Notes: generated by a model not told the origin, from the sequence alone. A stretch of DNA of 64,000 nucleotides from Nanobdellota archaeon (GCA_022561055.1 JADFRY010000004.1:35243-99242); one strand, 5' to 3'; positions 25,769 through 35,558 are shown, counted from the stretch's first letter. Translations and numbers: made by a program.

Positions 25769-25945
25769 ATGGCTCAACAAGATAACAGGATTCAAATGCC
25801 AGGAGTTTTTGGCGGGTTGATGAGATATGATTCAGAGTATAAGAGTAAATTTATGTTCTCTCCTATCGCAGTTATTGTATTTGTGATATTGGTTGTAGTT
25901 TTTGTTTTGGCGTTAAAAATATTTTTTCCTCTTCCTGGTTCTTGA
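25769..25945 (+). CDS. preprotein translocase Sec61 beta subunit
   Basis: Not in the ORF track. 58 aa, MAQQDNRIQMPGVFGGLMRYDSEY...SPIAVIVFVILVVVFVLALKIFF (GL-RY motif plus C-terminal TM anchor). Confidence 0.7.
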   Translation: MAQQDNRIQMPGVFGGLMRYDSEYKSKFMFSPIAVIVFVILVVVFVLALKIFFPLPGS

Positions 25946-26005
25946 AGATAACTAGCACAAACTGGAATTAGTAAGGTTTAAAAAGGAAGTTTATGTTAAA
26001 AATTT

Positions 26006-26215
26006 ATGAAGTTATTTGAAGGAATTGTCGGAAAATTAACGTCCAGAATGGTTCATGGAGAAGTAGTTTTAGCTATTCCTAGATATGGTCCAGTTGGTGA
26101 TATACAGGTTAAGTTGTTACATAAGTTATTTTTGGGATATGAGCTAGATGGAACTCCTATAAACGCATGTAGAGAATCAGGGGTACTTAGCAGCGTGAGA
26201 AGAAAGATATTATGA
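26006..26215 (+). CDS. hypothetical protein, possibly the 5' part of a disrupted gene
   Basis: 69-aa ORF. An adjacent start-less open frame at 26217..26355 may be its continuation. Confidence 0.3.
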   Translation: MKLFEGIVGKLTSRMVHGEVVLAIPRYGPVGDIQVKLLHKLFLGYELDGTPINACRESGVLSSVRRKIL

Positions 26216-26384
26216 TGTTTTATTGAGAGATGATAGTGGTCAAATTAGAGCTTTTAGGCATGGTGTCACAAGTAATCCTCCACAAGAAGGATCTAGAATA
26301 AGTTATAGGCGTTCCAGAGAAATTAATCCATTGCCCCAGGTGGTTTTCCAATAATTATTTATACTCTTTTTTCTCTGCAGTTTC

Positions 26385-26714
26385 ATGTTTCCAGGATTAG
26401 GCGGGATGAATCCCAAGAAGATGCAAGGAATGATGAAACAGCTTGGCATTAAGCAAGAAGAGGTAGAAGCAAGAAGAGTTGTGATTGAGCGTGACGAGGG
26501 TAATATTATTATTGAGAATCCTAACGTAGTTAAAATAGAGATGCAAGGGCAAGAGAGTTGGCAAATTACTGGCAATGTTATAGAAGAAGTTGGTATTTCT
26601 GAAGAGGATATTAAGTTAGTCATGGAAAAAACTGGGAAATCTGAGAAGGAAGTTAGAAAGATTTTAGATGAGACTAAAGATATTGCGGAAGCGATTGTGA
26701 AGTTGGGCGGATAA
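26385..26714 (+). CDS. nac: nascent polypeptide-associated complex protein (NAC)
   Basis: MNPKKMQGMMKQLGI N-terminus, NAC beta-barrel, C-terminal UBA-like EEDIKLVMEKTGKSEKEVRKILDETKDIAEAI. Confidence 0.85.
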   Translation: MFPGLGGMNPKKMQGMMKQLGIKQEEVEARRVVIERDEGNIIIENPNVVKIEMQGQESWQITGNVIEEVGISEEDIKLVMEKTGKSEKEVRKILDETKDIAEAIVKLGG

Positions 26715-26829
26715 TTTTTTACAGGGATTGTCTAAAATTACTGTTAGTATTCTTGCGTGACTTTTCAGAAAAGTATAAATAGTTATTTTTCTTAGTGACA
26801 TATGCTTCTAATAGAGGTGAATTTTGGGA

Positions 26830-27264
26830 ATGGCTGGAATGGACAACATTATCAAAGAGAAAATAAGTGCAGACCATCTTTTATATGTAAGTTTAAAATA
26901 TACTAAGACGTGTGACGTGATTATTAATCTGCTTCTTAGATGGAAAGTTATGATTGAGATGGCTATGGATGTGCTTATTGAGAAAGCTAAAAAAAAGAAA
27001 AAGTGGAAACCTGTGCCAGATGCGCCAAGAGCAAGACTTGTTCAGTTGGAAAAAATTTATGCTTCTGTTCCTGATATTGCTGATGCTTTGGAATTATATG
27101 AATTATTTAGAGATATTGAGAAGCTTGATAAAATCAGGGAGAATGAGTTTAGGAAAGGCGTAAATTTAAAGGTAACTTACCGGGGCGAGACCGTAAATAT
27201 TAATCTTGACAAACTGAAAGAATATTCTGATGTCTTAGAAAGATTTATAAGCTATTTGAAATAA
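26830..27264 (+). CDS. hypothetical helical protein upstream of minD
   Basis: ATG at 26830 in the 26824..27264 ORF. No domain recognised. Confidence 0.5.
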   Translation: MAGMDNIIKEKISADHLLYVSLKYTKTCDVIINLLLRWKVMIEMAMDVLIEKAKKKKKWKPVPDAPRARLVQLEKIYASVPDIADALELYELFRDIEKLDKIRENEFRKGVNLKVTYRGETVNINLDKLKEYSDVLERFISYLK

Positions 27265-27322
27265 ACTCTTTTACTTTAGACTGATAAATCACTTTATATG
27301 GTTTGCAAGTTAATAAAATAGG

Positions 27323-28072
27323 ATGAAATTAATTACAATAACTTCAGGTAAGGGTGGTGTTGGAAAAACCACTACTGCTATTAATTTGGGCGCGGCATTG
27401 AATCAATTTGGTAAAGAGGTTATTATAGTAGATGCTAATCTTACAACACCGAATATTGGCTTGCATTTAGGAGCCCCAATTGTTCCTGTAAATTTGAATC
27501 ATGTGTTGCTTGGTAAAGCAAAAGTTATAGATGCTATTTATGAGCATGAATCAGGAACTAAAATTATTCCTAGTTCTTTATCTGTTAAAGAATTAAGGAG
27601 ATTAAATAGTACTAAATTGAAAGAAGTTGGGAAAAAATTGAGGAAGATGGCAGATTATGTTATTTATGATTCTGCTGCAGGGTTGGGCGAGGAGGCTATT
27701 AGTGCTATGGAGGCTGCTGATGAGTTGATTGTGGTTACTAATCCTGAGATTCCTGCAGTTACTGATGCTTTGAAAACTATAAAGCTTGCTGAGGAATTAG
27801 GCAAAGAAGTTAAGGGAATTATAGTTGCGAGAGTTAAAGGAACGCGTAATGAGATGTCAGTTTCTAATATTAGAGATATGTTAGAGTTGCCTATTTTAGG
27901 TGTTATTCCAGAAGATAAACATGTTCAGGGCGCATTGGTAAGAAAAGATGCATTGTTGCATGTTTATCCTAATTCTAGAGCAGCAATAGCTTATAAGAAA
28001 ATTGCTGCGCGAATTGCGAGAGTTAAATATGAAGAGCCTAGTTTGTTGGTGAGAGTTTTTGCCAGAATATAG
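27323..28072 (+). CDS. minD: MinD/ParA-family P-loop ATPase
   Basis: Deviant Walker A SGKGGVGKTTT, Walker B YVIYDSAAG. Confidence 0.85.
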   Translation: MKLITITSGKGGVGKTTTAINLGAALNQFGKEVIIVDANLTTPNIGLHLGAPIVPVNLNHVLLGKAKVIDAIYEHESGTKIIPSSLSVKELRRLNSTKLKEVGKKLRKMADYVIYDSAAGLGEEAISAMEAADELIVVTNPEIPAVTDALKTIKLAEELGKEVKGIIVARVKGTRNEMSVSNIRDMLELPILGVIPEDKHVQGALVRKDALLHVYPNSRAAIAYKKIAARIARVKYEEPSLLVRVFARI

Positions 28073-28114
28073 GTTTTAGGAACATTTAAAACCTTAGAGG
28101 TTAGCTATCTTTTT

Positions 28115-28633
28115 ATGGAAATATTAGCACAAGCAATGTTAGATCGAGGTTTGGGAGAGATTGGGAACAGATGGGTTTTCGCGAAAGATCTGGTTCGGCG
28201 CCGACAGGTTGCTGTGGCTTGGGCTGTTGAGGATGTTGTTAGCTTACATTTTGCTGTTGGCACATTAGATATAGAATGGGCTCTATTAAATTTGTATGAA
28301 GAACATGGGATTATGGTATGCGATAGAAGTCATCCGGAAGCGATATCAACTTTAATAAGATATTCTACTATTTCAGAGAATTCTCATTTGAAGCATCGCC
28401 TGGAGAACATAAATTATTGGGGGCTTAGCACATCAACTGATACGATGCATCCAGAGATTAACGGTTTGAAGGTTGTTTTTGATAAAAATCCATGGCATAG
28501 GAAACCGGATGAAAGGGATGAAATACATTTTAGAGATCCGGATCAGGTTGTAAAATATTTATCAGATAGATTGCAGGGTCCGGATCTTTCTGTAAAAGGA
28601 CAGGCAAGGTACGTTTTAAAGAGTGCGGATTAA
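28115..28633 (+). CDS. hypothetical protein (compositionally atypical orphan)
   Basis: 172-aa ORF, no recognised domain. A hand count over 28141-28200 gives 31/60 G+C. Confidence 0.5.
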   Translation: MEILAQAMLDRGLGEIGNRWVFAKDLVRRRQVAVAWAVEDVVSLHFAVGTLDIEWALLNLYEEHGIMVCDRSHPEAISTLIRYSTISENSHLKHRLENINYWGLSTSTDTMHPEINGLKVVFDKNPWHRKPDERDEIHFRDPDQVVKYLSDRLQGPDLSVKGQARYVLKSAD

Positions 28634-28971
28634 CTAATTTTACTTCCAATATCAATATCTTTTTCTGGTGCGAGGATTACTATTTTGTTTTCGTCGTCAT
28701 TGATTGCTGCTAAAATCATGCCATCGCTTTCTATACCTCTCACTTTTCGTGGTTCTAAATTGGTTATAAAAATTGCTTTTTTGTTTTCAAGTTCTTCTTT
28801 TTTGTAGTAGTCTTTTAAACCAGTAACTATTTTTCTGGGGATTTTTTCAGCTAAGTCTACTGTGATTACATAAAGTTTGTCTGCATTAGGGTGATCTTCG
28901 ACTTTTAGGATTTTTCCTACTCTCAAATCTGATTTTTGGAAGTCAGAGAGGGGGATTTTTTCAGAGGTCAT
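28630..28971 (-). CDS. stand-alone tRNA-binding domain protein (Trbp111/CsaA/EMAP-like)
   Basis: DLRVGKILKVEDHPNADKLYVITVDL...FITNLEPRKVRGIESDGMILAA. Confidence 0.8.
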   Translation of the reverse strand: MTSEKIPLSDFQKSDLRVGKILKVEDHPNADKLYVITVDLAEKIPRKIVTGLKDYYKKEELENKKAIFITNLEPRKVRGIESDGMILAAINDDENKIVILAPEKDIDIGSKIS

Positions 28972-28972
28972 T

Positions 28973-29716
28973 TCAGGCCTTGTATCCTCCGTCTACTAAC
29001 ACATTGCTGCCCGTCATGAAGCTTGCTTCATCTGAAGCTAGAAAGAGGGCAACATTTGCTATCTCTTCTGGTTTTGCGAATCTTTTCATAAAAGTTTTCT
29101 TTTTTTCTTCTTCAATAAAATCTTTTGGTAAATCTTTGTTCATCTTTGTATCAACCCATCCCGGAGCAATTGCATTTACCCTAATATTTGGAGCCAATTC
29201 TTCTGCTAAGTTTTTAGTTAAATTAATAACAGCAGCTTTTGAGGCGTCATAATCAGCTGATTCCGGACTTGTTGTGTTTAATCCATTACTTGAAGAGATA
29301 TTTATAATGACGCCAGAGTCATTTTTCTTCATGTTTTCTGAGGCGTATTTTGAGCATAAGAATACACCTTTCAAATTAACGTCAAGCGTTCTATCCCATT
29401 GTTCTAATGTTTTTTTGAAAAGTGGAATATCATAAACTATTCCAGCGTTATTTACTAAGATGTCTATTTTACCAAATTTTTTAATTGCTTTATTTATCAT
29501 CTTTTTTACTTCTTTCTCGTTAGATACATCACATTTGATAGCTATTGCCTCAGAGCCAATCTTTTTAATTTTTTCAACGACTTCTTTTGCCTGATTTTCG
29601 GATTTTGAACAGTTAACAATTACTTTTGCTCCTTCTCTCGCAAATAAGAGTGCAATAGCTCGACCTATTCCTCTACTTGAGCCTGTTATTAGAGCAACTT
29701 TATTTTTTAGTTTCAT
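28973..29716 (-). CDS. short-chain dehydrogenase/reductase (FabG-like)
   Basis: TGSSRGIGRAIA cofactor motif, NNAG, catalytic YDASKAA. Confidence 0.85.
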   Translation of the reverse strand: MKLKNKVALITGSSRGIGRAIALLFAREGAKVIVNCSKSENQAKEVVEKIKKIGSEAIAIKCDVSNEKEVKKMINKAIKKFGKIDILVNNAGIVYDIPLFKKTLEQWDRTLDVNLKGVFLCSKYASENMKKNDSGVIINISSSNGLNTTSPESADYDASKAAVINLTKNLAEELAPNIRVNAIAPGWVDTKMNKDLPKDFIEEEKKKTFMKRFAKPEEIANVALFLASDEASFMTGSNVLVDGGYKA

Positions 29717-31125
29717 TTTATCTTTTTAAACAAAATTTCAGACTTTTTAATTTTACCTATTTTTAGAGGTTTGTCTAATTCTTTTAGAGAGATTTTGAAA
29801 TTAAATGTCTTGGCTATTTTTTCTGAAGTTTCTGGGATGAATGGTGAGAGAAGAATTGCTATTAATCTTATTCCTGTTACAAGTTCATAGAGATCCTTTT
29901 TGCTATGAGTCTCCCATGGTTTTTTATCTTGTATCCATTGGTTTAGTGTGTCAATGAAAGCAAAAATTGTGTTCAATGCTTTGTCTAATTCGTATCTTTC
30001 AATAGATTCCTTAAAATCTTCTACAATATTTGAAGTGTGAATGTTTACATCTACCTTTTCAATTCCATATTTTTCTACGAGAGCCGAAACTCTACTGACT
30101 AAGTTTCCCAGTTTGTCAGCTAATTCATTATTATTTCTTTCTATAAGGATTTCTTCAGAGTAGTCTGCATCTTCAAAGGTAGAGCAACGCAATAGCGAAT
30201 ATCTTACTGAATCAGAGCCGTATTTTTCAATAAGAGATATAGGATTGGTTGTATTTCCTAAAGATTTTGATATTTTTTGACCTTTGAGGTTTAGAAAACC
30301 GTGGACGAGAAGAGTTTTAGGCAATTCTTGTTTTGTCGAGATTAATATAGCAGGCCAAATTACAGAATGGAACCAGTTAATGTCTTTTCCGATTACATGA
30401 ACATCTGCTGGCCAGTTGTTGTCAGAGCCAGAAATATAGTTAATTAATGCGTCAAACCAGACATAGATTGTATGTTTTTTATCTATTGGAACTGGTATTC
30501 CCCATTCTAATTTTTGTCTTGAAACTGATAAATCTTTAAGGTCCTCGTTTTTTAATCTTGACAGGATTTCTTTTTTTCTTTTTTTAGGGATTATGTAGTC
30601 GTCGATGAATTTTGTTAATTGTTTTTGGTATTTAGACAGTTTGAAAAAGTAAGCTTCTTCTTTTAGCCAAGTTGGTTTTTTATTATGTTCAGGGCATTTT
30701 CCATTTACGAGTTCTCTTTCTGTTTTAAAACCCTCACAGCCCGTACAATAAAATCCCTCATAGGTCCCTTTGTAAATTTCTCCTTTATCGTAGACTTTTT
30801 TGAAAATTTCTTGTACTTTTTTTACATGTTCTTTTTCTGTTGTTCTTATGAATCTGTCGTAGGAGATATTTAATCTATCACAAAGTTCTATGAATTTTTT
30901 TGAATTCTTGTCTATGAATTGTTTTACTGGGATTTTTGCTTCTTTAGCGGCTTGATAGTTTTTTTGTGCGTTTTCATCTGTTCCTGTTAGGAAATAGACT
31001 TTTTCCCCTTGTAGTCTGTGCCAGCGAGCTAGAGCATCTGCTATAACTTTTTCGAATGCGTGCCCTATATGTGGTTCTGCATTTACATAGTCTATTGCTG
31101 TTGTTATGTAAAATTTCTTTGTCAT
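29713..31125 (-). CDS. metG: methionine--tRNA ligase (core, without C-terminal tRNA-binding domain)
   Basis: HIGH (EPHIGHAFE), KISKS (QKISKSLGN), zinc knuckle CTGCEGF...GKCPEH. Confidence 0.9.
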   Translation of the reverse strand: MTKKFYITTAIDYVNAEPHIGHAFEKVIADALARWHRLQGEKVYFLTGTDENAQKNYQAAKEAKIPVKQFIDKNSKKFIELCDRLNISYDRFIRTTEKEHVKKVQEIFKKVYDKGEIYKGTYEGFYCTGCEGFKTERELVNGKCPEHNKKPTWLKEEAYFFKLSKYQKQLTKFIDDYIIPKKRKKEILSRLKNEDLKDLSVSRQKLEWGIPVPIDKKHTIYVWFDALINYISGSDNNWPADVHVIGKDINWFHSVIWPAILISTKQELPKTLLVHGFLNLKGQKISKSLGNTTNPISLIEKYGSDSVRYSLLRCSTFEDADYSEEILIERNNNELADKLGNLVSRVSALVEKYGIEKVDVNIHTSNIVEDFKESIERYELDKALNTIFAFIDTLNQWIQDKKPWETHSKKDLYELVTGIRLIAILLSPFIPETSEKIAKTFNFKISLKELDKPLKIGKIKKSEILFKKIK

Positions 31126-31155
31126 GAATAAGAGAAAAAGGAGGGATATAAAAGG

Positions 31156-32220
31156 TTAACTGAGAGGTCGCTGTTCGAATTGCATTCCTGGAGTGTCTGG
31201 AGACCAGATATAGTCTCTCATTTTCTTTCCTTTTCTTGAAGGTCCCGAAGAGTAAGTTTTTGTTTGAGTTGGTACAAATAATGTTGGTGCGTCTCCTTTT
31301 GTCAACCAAGCGTCCATTAATACTGCGTCTATTTCTGGAAAAGTCGGTGGCCTGGTTCTTGAGGTTGGTTTACCTCCTTTAATTTCTGTATCTACTATTA
31401 CTGTATGATAAGCAAGTCCAAAGAATAATCTTAAGTATGGTTCTGTAAATAATGGGAATGGTTGGAATATAACTCTTCTTTTCTCTTCTCCTACTCTTCT
31501 TGAATGGGCAGCATATGCCGCTGTATCGTGTGGGCAGTATGTAACTGTTTTTTTGAATCTAAAGCTGAAGTCATTTCTTTTATGAGGGCATTCATGTCTT
31601 GTCTCGAGTCTGGTCCATTCGACGAATCTTTCAGGATCATCTAAATCTGTGACATGTTCGATTACCACTTCATGTTTTTTTTCTCCGGATCTAGATGGAA
31701 CAAGAGCTTTTATTGTTCTTAGGTTGCTATCACTCGCACTGTAGACTCTTAGTTCAATTTGGTCCCTTATGCTTCTTGATTTTAATGCATACATGTGTAT
31801 CCTGTGACCTTCGATTACTGTTGTTGGGTGTACTATGTGGTTTCTTCCTTCTGGATCTATCCAAGTCCAACCAACGAAAGGACCGTCTTCTGGAGAGTAT
31901 TTTCCCGACTTCTCCGCTTCTTCTCTAGCTCTTCTCGGACTTAATTTTTCTTCAATTAGTCTCGCTTCATCTCCGTTAAAAGTATCTAGCTCTACTAGCG
32001 CCCCTCTCTTAGAAAAATTTTGTGCACTGTAAAATCCTGGAGGAATTATTTTGAAACTGTGTAGAACTATAGCCTCTGTGCTTTTTCTTTTTTCATGTGT
32101 TGGAACTATGTCACTGAAAGAGGTTACTTCTAGAAGTCTTCTGCCTTTTTGTATTTCTTTTAGCGTCTTCGGCCGTCGAAAGATTTGTTTTCTATCATCA
32201 ACAAGTTCTGATAATGTCAT
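31156..32220 (-). CDS. hypothetical protein (compositionally atypical orphan, CPH motifs)
   Basis: 354-aa ORF, no recognised domain. Contains HECPHK and YCPHD ~20 aa apart. Confidence 0.55.
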   Translation of the reverse strand: MTLSELVDDRKQIFRRPKTLKEIQKGRRLLEVTSFSDIVPTHEKRKSTEAIVLHSFKIIPPGFYSAQNFSKRGALVELDTFNGDEARLIEEKLSPRRAREEAEKSGKYSPEDGPFVGWTWIDPEGRNHIVHPTTVIEGHRIHMYALKSRSIRDQIELRVYSASDSNLRTIKALVPSRSGEKKHEVVIEHVTDLDDPERFVEWTRLETRHECPHKRNDFSFRFKKTVTYCPHDTAAYAAHSRRVGEEKRRVIFQPFPLFTEPYLRLFFGLAYHTVIVDTEIKGGKPTSRTRPPTFPEIDAVLMDAWLTKGDAPTLFVPTQTKTYSSGPSRKGKKMRDYIWSPDTPGMQFEQRPLS

Positions 32221-32281
32221 GTATTTCGTTTATTTGTTGAATATATAAAGATTTATTTAATGTAAAGATTGTTTTTTTAAA

Positions 32282-32403
32282 GCGTTGTTAGTATAGTGGC
32301 AGAATGCAAGCTTCCCAACTACAACCTTTAAAAAAGGTTCTAGGAGTCCAAAACGGCTTTATGGAAAAAGCTTGAGACGCGGGTTCGATTCCCGCACAGC
32401 GCA
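32282..32403 (+). tRNA. tRNA-Gly(CCC) with a ~51-nt intron in the anticodon loop
   Basis: Hand fold is GCGTTGT-TA-GTAT-AGTGGCA-GAAT-G-CAAGC-TTCCCAA-[intron]-GCTTG-AGAC-GCGGG-TTCGATT-CCCGC-ACAGCGC-A. The D-stem is weak. Confidence 0.7.
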
Positions 32404-32433
32404 TATGTATGCTTTTTAAAGGAAAGTAAAGAA

Positions 32434-33048
32434 CTAGCATATCTCTTTTTGTGGAATACTTAAAATTCTATAAAAACAAGTTAGATCTTTGTTTGCATTT
32501 CCGTTTTCTCCCTGGCTTTGTACATTGAAAGTTCCCTCAAAAGTTTGTTGAGAACCGGGTTCTAAAAATGATTCTGAGAATGTAGAATGAATTATATTCT
32601 CCTCATTTTCTCTTTCAAAGAATCTGAAAGCTAATTTAAAAATACCTCCTATTTCGTCGTCAAGATTGGTTATTGTTATAGAACATGTGACTGTCTTGTC
32701 AATGCAAATCCCATTTTCATATTGATTGCATACAGACTCTGCATTAAAGTTGGAAGCAGAATAAGATATTTTTAGTATTTCGCATTTAGAGCTGGAAGTT
32801 ATTAAACCTGTAATTCCTGAAGAGGGTTCTCCAGTTGTCACTCCTGCTCCGCCTGACCCAGAGGCTCCCCCGCTTCCTGTTTTAGATGAAACACCAGATT
32901 CTTCTTCTATATCTATGTTTTCAGAATCTTTAAAGGCTCCTTGATCTGGTTCTTTATCAGTCCCAGGATTTATGATTTGGAAGAAAATAACTACTACAAA
33001 TAAAATCGCAACAATAAGTATAGGAATGAGCAATACTCTTGTTTTCAT
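32434..33048 (-). CDS. membrane-anchored/secreted protein
   Basis: N-terminal TM (VLLIPILIVAILFVVVIFF), Gly/Ser-rich linker, Cys-containing beta-rich C-terminal domain. Confidence 0.55.
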   Translation of the reverse strand: MKTRVLLIPILIVAILFVVVIFFQIINPGTDKEPDQGAFKDSENIDIEEESGVSSKTGSGGASGSGGAGVTTGEPSSGITGLITSSSKCEILKISYSASNFNAESVCNQYENGICIDKTVTCSITITNLDDEIGGIFKLAFRFFERENEENIIHSTFSESFLEPGSQQTFEGTFNVQSQGENGNANKDLTCFYRILSIPQKEIC

Positions 33049-33191
33049 AATTAGTAATAATAAGCTTTTTTTATAAATGTTTATAATTGTAATGAAAGAA
33101 TTAGATTTTTTAGATTACAGACTATTTGCCATGTTAACGTTTATATTTCTTTATTAATAAGGTTTATTAATTAGATTCATGTTTTTATAAA

Positions 33192-34568
33192 ATGCCGAGA
33201 AAAAAAGAAGAGATTGTGATTAAGGATAGTCCTTATATAGCGCATTCTAAAGAGCGTGCCCTGAGAAAAAGTATTGTGGAGGGCTCTTTGTATTCAACAT
33301 CTCATAGTTTTAGTACATCTTTTATTACGCCGTTTGCTCTTGCGATAGGTTCTAATAGTTTTCATATTGGGGTTTTAAGTTCTTTTTCTGGTTTGGTTGC
33401 CCCTCTTGGACAATTGCGTAGTAGCAAGTTAATGGAAAAATATTCTCGGAAGAGCATTATAATAAAGAGTAAATTTCTTCAGGCTTTTTTTTGGTTAGCT
33501 ATAATTGGCGTGGCTTATTTATTTTGGAAAGGAATTGTGACTATTTATTTGCCTTATGTTTTGATTTTGCTTTATGTTATTTTGACTTTTCTTGGCGGAC
33601 TCATAGCTCCTGCTTGGTTTTCGTGGATGGGAGATATTGTTCCTGAGAAAGAGAGGGGAAAATATTTTGCTAAGAGAAATAGGATTATTGGTTTTGTCGG
33701 CGTGATTTCTTTTATTATTGGAGCTTTTCTGCTTGATTTTTTCAAAACAAAGGGTTATATCTTATTGGGCTTTGGTGTAATTTTCGGAGTTGCAATAATT
33801 TTTCAGTTTATTTCTCGTGCAGTTATGAAAACAGTTTTTAATCCAAATTTTAGAGTTGGGAAAGGATATTATTTCTCGTTCTGGAATTTTCTGAAGACTT
33901 ATGATAATTATGGGAAATTTGCCGTTTTTCAAGCAGTGTTTTTCTTTTCTGTTATGATTTCGGCTCCTTTTTTCACTGTTTATATGCTAAATGATTTAGG
34001 ATTTAGTTATGTAACTTTTACGATGGTTATTTTGAGCTCAACTGTTTTTTATCTTATTTTCACTCCGTTGGCTGGGAAGTTTTCAGACAGATATGGAAAT
34101 GTTAAATTGCTTTATGTAGCAGGGTTTTTGTTCCCATTAGTTCCGTTATTGTGGATATTTTTTAGAAGTCCTATATTTTTGATATTATTTCCAGGTTTGA
34201 TTTCCGGAGTTGCAAATGCTGCTTTTAGTTTGGGTATTACTAATTTTACTTATGATTCTGTTTCGCCGCAGAAAAGAGGATTGTGCGTGGCTTATACTTC
34301 ATTGTTAGTTGGGGTTGGCGTGTTCGGAGGAGGGATTATTGGTGGTACTTTAGTACAATACTTACATATTACATTTATGAAACCAATTTTATTCGTATTT
34401 TTAATTTCCACTATTTTAATGATTATGACTGCTTTGTTTTTCCTGCCGCAAATTAAGGAAGAGAGACACACAGAAAGAATGAAAGGGTTTTCAGTTGATT
34501 TTCATCATCCATTTAGGACAGTTCATTCAGATGTAGTTTGGTTTAAGAATTTTCTGCATGAGAAGTGA
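33192..34568 (+). CDS. MFS-type transporter
   Basis: About 12 hydrophobic helices. Loop motif AGKFSDRYGN resembles MFS motif A. Confidence 0.75.
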   Translation: MPRKKEEIVIKDSPYIAHSKERALRKSIVEGSLYSTSHSFSTSFITPFALAIGSNSFHIGVLSSFSGLVAPLGQLRSSKLMEKYSRKSIIIKSKFLQAFFWLAIIGVAYLFWKGIVTIYLPYVLILLYVILTFLGGLIAPAWFSWMGDIVPEKERGKYFAKRNRIIGFVGVISFIIGAFLLDFFKTKGYILLGFGVIFGVAIIFQFISRAVMKTVFNPNFRVGKGYYFSFWNFLKTYDNYGKFAVFQAVFFFSVMISAPFFTVYMLNDLGFSYVTFTMVILSSTVFYLIFTPLAGKFSDRYGNVKLLYVAGFLFPLVPLLWIFFRSPIFLILFPGLISGVANAAFSLGITNFTYDSVSPQKRGLCVAYTSLLVGVGVFGGGIIGGTLVQYLHITFMKPILFVFLISTILMIMTALFFLPQIKEERHTERMKGFSVDFHHPFRTVHSDVVWFKNFLHEK

Positions 34569-34739
34569 ATTGTAGAAGGTATTTTATTGACATAAATTAA
34601 AGGAAATCTGATATTCATTATTCATTGAAGGATATTTAATTAAAAGCTAAATGGTCAAGGTTTACTAATGATAATTTTCAAATTTAAATATAGAATGTTA
34701 TATAGTAATATTTAAAAACGTTTGAGTGTTATAAGGACT

Positions 34740-35357
34740 ATGTTTAAAGGAAAGATGAAATGTATGCAGTGTAAGAGTAAAATTAGTGATAGCTTTGATT
34801 TTTGTCCTTATTGCGGGCTTGATTTGAGGAATCCTGAGAGTGATATGCGGGAGTTTGGCATGCTTGGCAAAAATGAAATTGTGGGATATCCCTTGACTGG
34901 TGGTTTTGGTGGTTTTGGGATAACTGATAAAATGTTGAGTTCTTTATTTGGAAGTCTTGTTAAGACTTTAGAAAAACAAATGAAAAATGTTGATGCAGAA
35001 GTGGAGAGTTTGCCTAATGGAATTAAGATTAGGTTTGGAGTTCCTGTAGAGAAAAAGAAAGCTAGCAGAAAAGATAAGAGAGGCATAACTACAGAGCAAA
35101 TTGAGAGAATGGCTGGTTTGCCGAGGGTTGAGGCAAAGACCAATATTAGAAGATTGAGTGATAAAGTTATTTATGAATTAAAGTCTCCTGGAATAGAGTC
35201 TGTTAACGACGTGTTTGTTTCTAAACTTGAGTCAGGATATGAGGTTAAATCTATTGGTAAGAAAAAAGTTTATGTAAATAGTTTACCGGTTAATTTGCCT
35301 TTGAAAGGTTATTCTATAACTGATAAGGGATTGACGATTGAGTTTGGGTTAGGTTAG
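34740..35357 (+). CDS. zinc-ribbon domain protein
   Basis: N-terminal CMQCKSKISDSFDFCPYCG. The rest is unassigned. ATG at 34740. Confidence 0.55.
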   Translation: MFKGKMKCMQCKSKISDSFDFCPYCGLDLRNPESDMREFGMLGKNEIVGYPLTGGFGGFGITDKMLSSLFGSLVKTLEKQMKNVDAEVESLPNGIKIRFGVPVEKKKASRKDKRGITTEQIERMAGLPRVEAKTNIRRLSDKVIYELKSPGIESVNDVFVSKLESGYEVKSIGKKKVYVNSLPVNLPLKGYSITDKGLTIEFGLG

Positions 35358-35558
35358 TTTATTGATTAATCTAGCTTTATTAGTATTAATATTGATTAAT
35401 TTTATTACCATAATTATTCTATAGAAGCCTTTAAAGTTTCAAATTTGGATATTTTGTCCCTTGTAGTAGCTTTTTATAGCATTTATGTAAAGGGTTATCT
35501 TAATAAGTTTACTTTAAATTACCAAAAACTTAAAAACATTCTTTCTTAATCTTTTTAG

